DNA of 57,062 nucleotides. It comes from Craspedostauros australis (lineage: Eukaryota). Of the stretch, positions 46,136 to 57,062 are shown one piece after another; the first letter of the stretch is position 1; each line of letters opens with the position of its first letter. Location of the stretch: positions 1 through 57,062 of the forward strand of contig JALAGF010005773.1 in assembly GCA_030167865.1 (NCBI GenBank), given 5' to 3'. The notes under the pieces are model-generated. The model worked only from the letters and a program-made list of their open reading frames with translations. It was not told the DNA's origin and did not search any database. The translations under genes were made by a program, and so were the position numbers.

Positions 46136-49100
46136 GGAGGCTCTCTGCCGTTCTCCGCTCCTCCACTGGGTTCCATGGGACGAGTCTTGCTGTTGCGTTC
46201 GCTCGTTGCATTGCCCTCAATAACACTTTCCACTCCCCGATCATCTTCACATGTATTGTCGCTTTTGGTTCCTTTACTCCTCCTCCGCCATCGACCATAC
46301 ATACAAACACTTACATCAGATCCTCCACAGTCGAGATGAGCACCAATGCAGTGAAAGTGAAGGAGCAATATCGACGTTAAATGATTGCAGCTACAAAACT
46401 TGACTACTGAGATTTTGCACACAGGATGATATTGGACCGATGCTATATCATTTATAAACGTCCTGATTGCATATACTTGTTCAAGAAATACCTTCGCTTG
46501 GAACATAGTATGGTCGTCGAACACATCATTCCATCCTTGCCTCTTGTATTCGTGGGGTTCGCACCAATTCTGCAACTGAGTCACCGCTTTCATCTTTGTG
46601 CAATTGAACGCATTGAAAGCACTCCTCAGCAACAACGCACATGTGTGCTTCACAAAACAGGGAAACTGACATAGTGTGGGAAAGCGGTGAATGCGCTGCA
46701 ACGAGACAAGTTTGATGTCTTTGCTTCTTGTCCTACGTTTGTCCATGACATAACAGAATCTTGAGCAAGATTCGCCACGGAAGGTGCTCGAAGTACTATC
46801 CTCAACAAACTTTTGAAATCCTCGAATTCCTGAAACATTGCGAAAACAGTATTGCTTGCCTGTGAATCAAGAGAAGCAGAAACAAGAACTTCCTTCTCAT
46901 ACTTTTTCAGGCATCAGGCCAAGAAATCGAGAAGGTTGAAAACAATCAAAAACTCCACTCGTGCTGCTTCTCATTTCAATTTTCGCCAGGTAGATTCGAT
47001 TTTGCTACTGTCGATTAGAAAATCTGTTCAACTCCACACATTCAATGCTGTAGCTTGGTTGCACTAATCGAGGTGCGGTTGGCGTTGATGGAACCTGAAT
47101 ATTGTCAAAACGTCCCGCAACTCGATTGTGATTCTCTCTGCACTGAGCAACGTGACTTGGTGTCAGATATTGAGCAACTTGCGAAACGGCTCTTAGGACG
47201 GCAGTGCGCATCTGCTCCAGTTTCTTCCAGATTTTCCCACCATCGAGAAAACATGCAGTTACCTCGAAGCATAATTCTGTTTGTGTGATACTCGAAGCGT
47301 TTCGATTCAAACCGCGTGCTGAACCAAACAACTCCGCAGCCGTAATCGTATCTTTTAACATCGCACCTACCGTCGATTCCACCGAACGAAGGTACTCCGC
47401 AACAGAAGTTACATTCATGTAATGCTGCGGGAAGATCATTGATTTTCCTCAGGTTGCAATACAATATACGAATGAAATTCGCTTTCTTTCAGGAAAATTC
47501 CAATTTAACCCCCATGATTGCTGTAGCGGGAGCAACAGTCGTCACAGAAAGAAAACATGCTTTCCATATCATCATGCCTCTCTACAACATCATCGAAGCA
47601 AGCGCGCGTTCAGCATGTCAAGCAACGCCCCTTCTATCACAGCCCGAATTCAAAGTAGGACTTGATATCATTTCGAGATGAAATGCTCCGAGTGCTTTTT
47701 AATCGGATCACCATGAAACTTAGTGATGCGTAGCGTTAACAGTTTGAAAGCGAATGTTTGTGGTTCGAGCCATTCGTATGATCTGCTTGTTCCTAAACCG
47801 TTGTTACTGAGCCGTTCTCAAGAGCTCTTTCTGGCGCTGATCCATTTCACATGGGGAAAACAAGCAAGTGGAGTTGGCCATTTCCACCAATCACAAGGCA
47901 AGTTATCATTGACAGCGTTTGATTGATGTGAAAAACGGAAACGCAAGCACCAAACCAGAACGTACACAAGAACTTTGGAGCATCTTCTTTTTGATCGAAT
48001 CAACAACATTGATCGGCTTGACGGCATTCACGGATGGACGCACCGACCTAGAACCGACGGCAACACTGAATCGTTCCACACAAGCAGACCCAATCATTGC
48101 ATGTACATGGTGAGAACAAGACGATCCATGAAGAAAATGCAATTGGTTTGCGATATGGTTCAATCCATTTGAGACCTCTAACGTCTCTAGCATTCTACTT
48201 TACCTAGAATACTCAATTGCAACCTCACTTCACCACCGTTTTCGGTGCATGCACAAACGTTGTTTGGTCAATTGGGTGCACGCTCTTGTCAGAAGCTAGT
48301 ATCCTGACTCGGACTGCTTGTGACGTTGCTACTCACTATTGACACAATCCCCGAGTGACTTGTCTATGACTACATTGTACACATCGTGGAATCACGCTAT
48401 CCATAATGCAATATCGAGCGTGTATTGTCCATGCTCGTCAAATCTCTGATTTTCAATTGCATGGGTTTAGCCAATGCATGAACGGAAATCGGAATCCATG
48501 AGCCTATTGGTGTCGGATCATAATATGACAAAGAATATTGTGTATGCCACACGTAAGTTGTGTTTGAAAATTCCAGCTTTGCTTTCAACGGCTTTGCAGC
48601 CAAACCACGAACTGATTCAATACATTGATACGGTTATGAAGAGAAAAGGTTCTTCACACATGTATATATTGTGTATTCCGTGCGCCGAGTGAACATCTTC
48701 TCTCCGTTATTGTGCCGACTTCTACCGATATTCTATTCTCGCATCCGCAACAAGCGACTCTCGATGTAACACGGTTCCCACTGTGAACAATACCGTGATC
48801 GAGCAAATTGACGACGCGTGATCAGCGAACCTCATGATCGACTACTGTCGCGCCAATGTGATACACGCTTAAAAATTCAGACTGATTTCACACTGCGGAC
48901 GCGATTGAACGAATCTCATGTGTTGCAAGGGATTGCATAGAATTTCAAATCGACGTTTGTCGTTTGTGCCATTAATGGTTCTCGCTAACATGACTGATAT
49001 ATCTTCATGGGTGAAACGAAGAGAACTAGATTCTTGCATCGATGGAGCATGTCGAGTGAGTGGGTTGGATGTTTGTCAAAGTATTACGTGACCTCCTCCC

Positions 49101-51009
49101 ACAGAACCGGCCCAAATCCGTCAGTTGTCACTGTTGTTTTCCAGCCTCGGAAGCTGTGCGATTGCCCGATTCATCCCGTTGTACATGATTGGAAAGTTAC
49201 AAGATTTTCTCGGGCTTGCAATCTTGGGATGCAACGAGCTTCTTAATCAACCATGCTTGCAATATGCTTCTGGGATCATGATATGCAATGGAGAAATCGT
49301 CGATGGCCAGTATCCAGCCATTTCCACTTTCGTATTGGCTCCGTGGAAACGGCGCGAAGATCATCCAAGGCGCAACAAGCTGAGGATGCAGCTCCATATT
49401 ATGATGCACAACAGTCTCTTCCATGAATATTGGCAAAAAGTACTTGAAGAACTCATGGAGACATGGCGACAACATGACTGCGCACATACCACCGGAATTG
49501 TGCTGACTGCTGTCATGCAATGAAATAGTTGGCCACGAAATTCAAGCAACGATAACCTAGGAAGTGGAGAGAAGCGTAGGCAAAACTGGCAAATAATGAG
49601 ACTTCCGTTTGTGGTCTTCTCATTGTCGTGTCCCGACGCAGAATGCTGGAAACCGAAATTGGTCATCTGCAGCAGAGGCTGCCTCGCTTGAACTCACGAG
49701 CTCGGAAACGAAGCCAATGGAGGCAACTCAATCGAGCTTCCGTTAATCCCAATGGATTTGTGACAACGAATGGTGCAGACAAACATAAGTTAGACTTGTT
49801 CCACGAACGCCCCGAAGGAACCGAGGAAGTTGTATACCCTGTCTAGAGTCGTTGAGTCGTGTCAGGGTAATTCTGCGAACAGAAACAAGAAATCGGTTCT
49901 CCAACGAAGTATACAATGATACAACCAATGATTCTTATGGGCTCACTCTTTTCGCATGTGATTGAGCAATAGCATTCCTCGGAAAGAAGACCAGTCTCGC
50001 TGAAGCAACCAGTACATGGTTTTTCGACTTCAGAGACGCCAACAATTTTGATTCAAACAGCTTGTGAAAGTACAAAGCAACAACGGAGTAGAAACCGTAG
50101 TGACCTTTCATCAGGCTGGAAGAATCGCGCTCACACGTGGTATGGAAACAACTCATTGTGCGGATATGTGATGCAGCAGCTGTTGTTTTCATTTCTATCA
50201 CCTTTGCTGTTCGCAATTTGCTTGCTCGGTATCAATTGTTTTCACAACTCCTTGAAAAGACATGCCCTGCTCAAGTCATTTCTCTCTCGATGCCTCGATT
50301 TTGGCATGAGCAGCATTTCACAATTGTTCGCGTCGGTTATGTTCTTCGCAGTCTTTGGACTGGTTCCTTCTGTAAAAGTATCGCAGTATCAAAGCAAACC
50401 TATTTTTTACATTCGCATTTAATTCTTCGAGTCCACGATAGTTGATGTCATCCTCTTTGGTGCACATCCAGTTTTGCGCAGCACTGTTGTCAGAACGACA
50501 GCCCAAAAATGTGTTCTCGTCGAATATCTCAGGAGAAGACCTTTGCGTTGCGTTGCGTTGCGTTCACGTTGATCCCGCCGTTTGCATACGTACCAGTAGT
50601 CGTAGAGTATCAGCGTACGCGATGAGCTGATGTGGAGATCATTGTCGCAGAGTTTCAAGATGGACAGAGTGCACGAATACTCGAGAGTACGTGATATTTT
50701 CGTGATATATTCGTGCTCACGCTTCTACAGACACGTTCGTTGCGTTGTACACATAGATTTCTAGTGACTTGCTTTACGCGTATTGTACTACATGTACGAC
50801 TATGTAAGACTGCAACGTAGCCTTTCTTTTCGAAGGGCCATGCATTCGCATCAACATGAGTATCGTTGTGCAACTCATCAGAACCACTCACAAGCGAGAG
50901 CACGAAATTGGTATCTTGCCGCATTCTCGTTCAACCCGTTCCACTCGCTCATTGCTCAAGTCCCATCACGATTCTTAATGCCGAGTATGGAGAGTAGCCT
51001 GAGTAGCAA

Positions 51010-54000
51010 TTACAGCTCGCCTGCTCGGCGTTCGGCCACGTTCCTCAAGGAACCATGCGAGACTCCTCCCATTCTACCGTTGCTGTCTCGGACCGTTTCC
51101 AACGATTCCCACACCTGCTTTGGTTTACTCGTGCCTTGAAGAACTGAGAGGTAGCCGCTGACAATGAGCTGGCTGTCTTCGGGAGATTCGTCCACCAGTT
51201 CGACACGGAAGTGCCGAGCGCCTGCGTCTGCCCACTCGGCCATCGAATGGACTCCGCTTTGGGCCTGTGCGGAGAATACGGTATTGCGGCAGCCCATGTC
51301 GGCGAGAACCAAATTATCCGCTCCCGTTTGATCTCGAAGATGGATGTTGTGCCTCGTGCATGCATGGCCACAGTCGAGGTAGGAATCGCCCTTTGTGAGG
51401 AATCGCGCAAATACGCAGTGCTCCGTGTGAAAGATGGGGAGGTGAGTGTGCGCAACGAGCTCCACCCTCGCTGCGTTGTCTTCCCCCATCGTGTCCAGCA
51501 TCTCCGAGATGGCCATGGCACTCAGATCGTAGGCTGCTGTGATCCTCCCACACCCATACTTCAGAAGCTCCCATGCGGTGATTGCATTCGATGCGTTCAA
51601 GCTGAAGTCGCCGATGAGATGAGGGATCTTTACAATCCTGTTGTTGCCGTTGCCGTCGCCAACCTCTAGCTCCTTCCCAGGCCCACCCAGTTTCATCATC
51701 CGGTACAAGAGACCTGCCGATCGGACAAGGAGGCCGTCGGCTTCGAGGCGGAGGAGAGTCCTCCAAATTCCTGACTCGCCGGGCTTGATGATTCTTGGGC
51801 TTGCCACCACCGGGGTTACCCCAGCGGATCTGATTCTGGCAACTGCATCGCGCATGCCGTCGACTTCCAGAAAATCGACGACGATCTCATCGATTGCGTG
51901 CCCTTCCTCCGCCATCACGCAGATTGCATCAACCTGGTCGAAATTCCTCGCGAGGACGGAGAGCTTGGCTTCTGTGTTCGGTTTTTGCTTTGCCGCCACT
52001 GTGTCTGCAGTTTCGGCGATTGCACTTTCGGATGCTGAGTGGGAGGGCTGCTGCTCTATCTCTGTTCTTCGCGCGTGGAGTTCTCGCAACATTCTCAAGC
52101 TGACGTGTTCCTCGGCTTCCTGCTTGGCCGTGGTGGGAGTTCCGTCATGCTCCGGGGGGCGAGAGTTGAGCGACTTGATGTCTTCATCGTGTTCTTGATC
52201 ATCTGTCAGCATCTCGATTTGACTCTGCAAATCGTCGACTGCCTGACGCCTGGCCTCCTTGATCCATGATACTGGACACCAGACACCATCGTCCACCTCA
52301 CTCACATCAACACTTGCATCTCCTTCAAGCACCCAGCCTGTATTCCCCAGCATGCCGATGGCCTTGGAAATGCTTTGAAGAGACAGAGCGGACCTCTCTG
52401 CAGGAACAAGATCGCCTTGCGAGATGCCAGTACCGATGTTGCCACATCCATCATTGATCGTCACGACAAGCCTTCCTCCGAGCTTTCCGCGGACAACGAC
52501 AGCGACAGTGACCAGCCCCAGAGGAGCTGGAGACTGACTGAGTCTCCGCATCTTCTTGTCAACATCTGCATCGTTTGTCCTCCAGACGTGGGCGCCAGCT
52601 GGGGCCAACGGCTTGCCATCAAGCAGCCCCTTTCTCGCCATTTCGTCATGCTTCTTCCATCGTTTCTCAGTATCTCTTGAGAATCGAACAATCGTGGAGC
52701 CGCTTGCGCCGTGGATCACGTCGAAAATCGCACCACCAAGTTCCTCATCTTGCGCCATCCCTCGATCGACAACGATGCCATCCCCGCGCTTCAGATCGAT
52801 TGCATCGTCGGTGGATATTGCCAACCCATTCTTCCACGACGAACTTGAGATCACCCTGCCGACATGAACACCACGATGACGTGGTGACCGACCACGCACC
52901 AGCGTTTGATGCTTGGAACCATCAAAGAAGCCGGGCGTGAGTCCGTCGTTGTCTTCATCCTGGCCTCGGGAGAAGACCTGAGCAAGCTCTGCCTTCGTCA
53001 CCATCTCGTCCGATGCAAGGCGCCTTCGCTTGTGAGTGCTGATGTCCGCACGACTGCTCGTACCTCGCAAGTGTTTCTCACAGTACGCCTCCCACGCTTC
53101 GTCGACGGCGTTGCGATAGGCTCGCGTTGTGGCGGCGACATATGCTGGGTCCTTCAATCGTCCCTCAATCTTGAGGCAGCTGACGCCACTCTCAACAAGT
53201 TGTGAAACGCTATCGATCCCGCACAAGTCCTGGGGCGACAGCAGATACGAAAAGTCACCCAGCTCTTTCAGCTCGCCGTTGTCGATCAGGCCGTATGGGA
53301 GCCGGCACGCCTGCGCGCACTGTCCGCGATTAGCACTGCGTCCTCCCCAGGCTTCCGAGGAAAAGCATTGCCCGCTGTAGCTGACGCAGAGGGCGCCGTG
53401 GACGAAAGTCTCAATTTCGATGCCTTCATCAAGATCGGCCGTGATGAGATCAATTTCCTTCGTCGAGAGCTCTCGTCCCAGGACGACGCGCGTTGTCCCC
53501 ACCAACTCCGCTATGAAGGCAGCGCCATCTGATGACGTGATTGTTTGCTGCGTTGATGCATGGACCTCAAGGGACGGCGCGATATCCCGCACCATTCGCG
53601 CCAGGCCCAGGTCCTGCACGATCAGGGCATCAACCTTCGCTCGAGCGCACTGACGAACCAAAGTCTCGACCTCAACCAGCTCGTGATCGAATATCAGCGT
53701 GTTCAAGGCGACGTACACTTTGACGTTGGCATCATGGGCCATGGCCACCGCTTTCGGAAGCTGGGTTTCGGGATCAAAGTTGGTGGCTCTGGCGCGTGCG
53801 GAGAATGCGGACAGTCCGAGGTACACGGAATCCGCACCGTTGCCGATGGCGGCTTCAAGCTGTGGGAATCCACCGACAGGTGCCATCACTTCGGGCGGGG
53901 CCGTCAAGATCCTCCTTGGCTTCATACTTTCACCATTCTGGCCAGGCACGCTGTCATCACCGCCGTCTTGGATTCCCTGCCCATGTTCCACTTTCGGTTG

Positions 54001-54132
54001 CAGGTCGTATCTCCAAAGCGCCGGCGACTTCCTGCGGTCGATGAGCGCATCAGATGGCAACGCAAGGCCGTGGATGCGATGAGCCTGCAGTGCCAGAAGC
54101 ACCGAAAGAACGCACAGCTTGGACAACGACAT
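51010..54132 (-). CDS. U32-family Fe-S protein, RlhA-like (long form with DUF3656-type middle region), probably plastid-targeted
   Basis: PEVMAPVG, GADSVYLG..FSARARATNF, DALIVQDLG, HASTQ, ETFVHGALCVSYSGQC..RSANRGQCAQACRLPY and LKIEGRLK. The N-terminal signal is MSLSKLCVLSVLLALQAHRIHG|LAL. Confidence 0.9.
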   Translation of the reverse strand: MSLSKLCVLSVLLALQAHRIHGLALPSDALIDRRKSPALWRYDLQPKVEHGQGIQDGGDDSVPGQNGESMKPRRILTAPPEVMAPVGGFPQLEAAIGNGADSVYLGLSAFSARARATNFDPETQLPKAVAMAHDANVKVYVALNTLIFDHELVEVETLVRQCARAKVDALIVQDLGLARMVRDIAPSLEVHASTQQTITSSDGAAFIAELVGTTRVVLGRELSTKEIDLITADLDEGIEIETFVHGALCVSYSGQCFSSEAWGGRSANRGQCAQACRLPYGLIDNGELKELGDFSYLLSPQDLCGIDSVSQLVESGVSCLKIEGRLKDPAYVAATTRAYRNAVDEAWEAYCEKHLRGTSSRADISTHKRRRLASDEMVTKAELAQVFSRGQDEDNDGLTPGFFDGSKHQTLVRGRSPRHRGVHVGRVISSSSWKNGLAISTDDAIDLKRGDGIVVDRGMAQDEELGGAIFDVIHGASGSTIVRFSRDTEKRWKKHDEMARKGLLDGKPLAPAGAHVWRTNDADVDKKMRRLSQSPAPLGLVTVAVVVRGKLGGRLVVTINDGCGNIGTGISQGDLVPAERSALSLQSISKAIGMLGNTGWVLEGDASVDVSEVDDGVWCPVSWIKEARRQAVDDLQSQIEMLTDDQEHDEDIKSLNSRPPEHDGTPTTAKQEAEEHVSLRMLRELHARRTEIEQQPSHSASESAIAETADTVAAKQKPNTEAKLSVLARNFDQVDAICVMAEEGHAIDEIVVDFLEVDGMRDAVARIRSAGVTPVVASPRIIKPGESGIWRTLLRLEADGLLVRSAGLLYRMMKLGGPGKELEVGDGNGNNRIVKIPHLIGDFSLNASNAITAWELLKYGCGRITAAYDLSAMAISEMLDTMGEDNAARVELVAHTHLPIFHTEHCVFARFLTKGDSYLDCGHACTRHNIHLRDQTGADNLVLADMGCRNTVFSAQAQSGVHSMAEWADAGARHFRVELVDESPEDSQLIVSGYLSVLQGTSKPKQVWESLETVRDSNGRMGGVSHGSLRNVAERRAGEL

Positions 54133-55325
54133 CGCTTCCGAGCTGTGAATCGTCAAACGGGCAGCACGTCGTGGAGCACGACGAGTATCAGTATTCATTA
54201 GTGTGTACATGTAATATGTATGGGAAGTGGGAAGTGGTGGCAGTATTTGTACTGGTCGAATGAGACGCGACGGATCCTGCAGATGCTGAAGGCGTTGCTG
54301 CAGGTTGTGCTTGTGGCGTCGCTGCGCCCACTCTCGTGTTCTGCTGTTTGTGACAGGTCCAAAGATCAGGGGGCCAGGGGAGGTTCCTGACACACTTTTG
54401 CGCAGTCTCGACAGCGGAGGCTTGCATGGTTGGGGGGGGCAGATGATACGAAATCTTTGCGTTCTTCGCCAGAATTGGTCGTTTTCGGATGCTTCGCCTT
54501 TTCGACGGACAGACAAAATACGAATCAGGATGAAGATTGGATACTACGAATCCCGTTTTGAGACGCGATGTTTCCATCACGGAGCACTTGTCGTTCTTGG
54601 CTCGGAGACGAACGAGAGATGTACGATATAATACCCTATGATGGCTCCCTCCGTACTCATTGGTGAGAACACACTTACTTCGCTGATGCCCGACTCAGCA
54701 GCACTCGCCGTCAGAGTTGTTATTCAGTTGATCGATGAGAGGAACTTCTGGAGCTCGCTGTGCGCAGAGTATGCAGATGACTGGTGCGGTGCTTCCTTTT
54801 GGCTCTTGACTATTGCACATCCTCACACAGATCGTGGAATAGCCTTTCTCCTCGTCCACCGCGAAGAAGCATTGTGGAGGCACCAATGCAGTTCTCTGGA
54901 GCATGAAACATGATCAGCAAGAAGTTCACACCTTGTGATGTAACTTGGGTGCCTTGAAGGATGTAGGATGAGACAGGACAGCATCAACACCCAATATGTG
55001 CACGGACATGGAATCTTGTCAGCTGCACGTGATTAGTGGTCGGATGTTCAACAAGGGAATTGTAGATCGTACTCGGAGGCTTCACGCCCGTCACAAAAGG
55101 CAAACGGCATCGAGAAGACACAAAAAAGAGTACCATCATGGTCCGGAGCTGCAGACAACACGGGCTCTTCGGGCGAGATAATTGATGGATCGTCTCCTCT
55201 TTCAATCACTGCCCATATGGCGCGGCAATCTGAATGATACTCGAGTAAGTAGGCGGTATATTCGTACGGGTACTAGTAGGGGGGTTGCTATAGCGATATC
55301 GGCATGAAACTTGTGCCAAGCTCGT

Positions 55326-56258
55326 CTAGTCGTCGAAATCTCCGATCAAGTCGATGAGTTCCGTTTCTTTGCCTGGGAGTCCAACGATTTCAACATCGAA
55401 GATGATGGTGGCATCTGATGGAATTCTTGGCTTTCCGGCAGACGCCGGGCGTCCCTTCTTGCCGAAGGCGAGCTCGCCCTGTGGATCCGGAGATTTCGCA
55501 CGATGCGACGATGAAATAGAAAAAGAGCAATGGAAGCAGTCATGCACGGGTAGGGTGGAGGCAGTTTGTGAGATTGGATGAATGTCTGTGCCAATGAGTG
55601 ATGTGGCATGTACGCAATACTCAGGAATCCCTGGTGGCGATGCAACAAATGGCAAATCACGAACAGCCTGCAGTCTGCCGGCACATCAGCCACAAGCAAT
55701 TGATGGCCTCCTCCGCCAATCCGCCACTTGTGCGCTCTTGTGCAAGATGGAATTGAGGCGGATCGACCACCTGTGATGCACATCAAGAGTATCTTAATGA
55801 GCTGGAGCGCAGCGACAAGTCAGAAACAGGAGGAAGATCCCGCAATGCGACACGCTTGTTGTTCATTGACTCACTGGAACGGTCAGGACCCATCGGTCTC
55901 CAACGCGCATCATGGGAAGGACTTGCTCAACGCCCTTGATGAGACCACCCGATCCCAAGCGTGTGTAGTATGGCTCCGGCGTTACGAAGATGTCGTCGAT
56001 CTTGTTGTCGCCTGCGAACGCGGCGAATCGGATGGCGACGAGTTCGCCGACGTCTGGCTTTGGCCCATCGCCGGTTTGCTTGATGGTGTAGGACACTCCG
56101 CTTGGAAGGGTCTCGGCAACGGCTGGGAGCGATCCGACGAATGCCCAGGATCCAGCGGTGGCCACGGCGGACTTGAGGAAGTTGTCACGGGTGACGGATG
56201 ACTGAGACCATGCGTTAACGGCGCTGCAGATCAAGAGGAAGACGAAGACGGTTCTCAT
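55326..56258 (-). CDS. FKBP-type peptidyl-prolyl isomerase, thylakoid-lumen type; exons 56258-55875 and 55478-55326
   Basis: A phase-0 GTGAGT..CAG intron joins LIKGVEQVLPMMRVGDRWVLTVP|GELAFGKKG...RIPSDATIIFDVEIV. The signal peptide ends VNA|W, and the lumen signal ends AVA|ETLPSG. Confidence 0.92.
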
Positions 56259-57062
56259 GGTGTATGTAGGTATTGTAGGTATTGTAGGTATGTGTGGTAT
56301 GGTACGATGCGGTATGGTTGGATAAGTAGAGCAGTGTCGTTGACTGTGGTTGTGTGATCTTTGGTGTTTTGTGCGTTTGTGCGTTTGTGTGTTTGACGTG
56401 CAACAGTGGAGTATGTAAAACGGACAATTGGGCTGTCGGCTGGCGAGGTCCGCAATGGAGTGGGTCGATCGGCTGGTTCCTTGTTCGTTTCGAAGTGTTG
56501 ATACGAAGGTTGCAGTTGTTCAACAGAAGGCAGATGGGCTCGTTGTCGTTGATGTTGGCTGGCAGTCGCGACGGGTTGATGGGATGATGGGATGATGGGT
56601 TGGCGGTTTGATGAATCACATCACAACAGCAACAAGGATGACGCGTCGAAAGATCGCTTTCGGCTGCGCTGTCGGGTCTCGGCGCAGCGGAGCGTCGCCC
56701 ACGTTTCCGTCTTCGTCATCGTCACGGCGGGTTGGTGGCAGCGGTGGTGGCGGTGGTGGCCATGGGTGAAGTGGCACGGAGAGATCTTTTGGTGTCAGCC
56801 CGCGACACGCACGCATTGGCAACACATCAACCTCGGTCGAACGGATCGTGTGGGTCGTTTCAATCACTCACAAGCAGGACCAAAATGTCTCCCTCCAAGG
56901 AGGTTGCCGTATAGTTGCGATATTACACAGAATAGCGGACATTATGCGGTATTGTTCGATTTCGGATTCACATGATCGTACTTCAGTTAGCAGTTGTGCG
57001 CATATCGGACATCGTGTACTTCGGCGTCATCCAATGTTGGTCCTACATCATGTCCGTTAGTA

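Noticed and set aside
54133..54516. 128-aa N-terminal extension of the U32 ORF
   Set aside because: The signal peptide starts at Met 54132 and the upstream sequence looks like UTR/promoter.

Overview
Eukaryotic nuclear DNA with GT-AG introns and no operons. Three proteins carry signal-peptide plus transit-peptide plastid presequences, which points to a photosynthetic stramenopile, most likely a diatom (inference). About 15 intact housekeeping genes occupy 1.8-37.3 kb and 51-56.3 kb: PsbP-domain protein, mitochondrial L33, proteasome beta2, TPR protein, SmF, an orphan K/S/T-rich protein, RPL7, RRP5, rhomboid-like-UBA, TBC-TLDc, R3H-SUZ, histidine phosphatase, extended SDR, U32/RlhA-like and FKBP. 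Between them lies an atypical ~12.5 kb island (about 38.0-50.6 kb). It holds a CpG-decayed truncated SDR paralog, an insertion carrying a degenerate tRNA-like Pol III unit, a broken secreted RXL-motif gene, an intact ~1000-aa P-loop NTPase + restriction-endonuclease-fold (Crinkler/CR-type) ORF, a frameshifted bacterial-type FabI fragment, and an AT-richer stretch with no recognisable gene. All calls were made by reading the sequence; no database searches were run.
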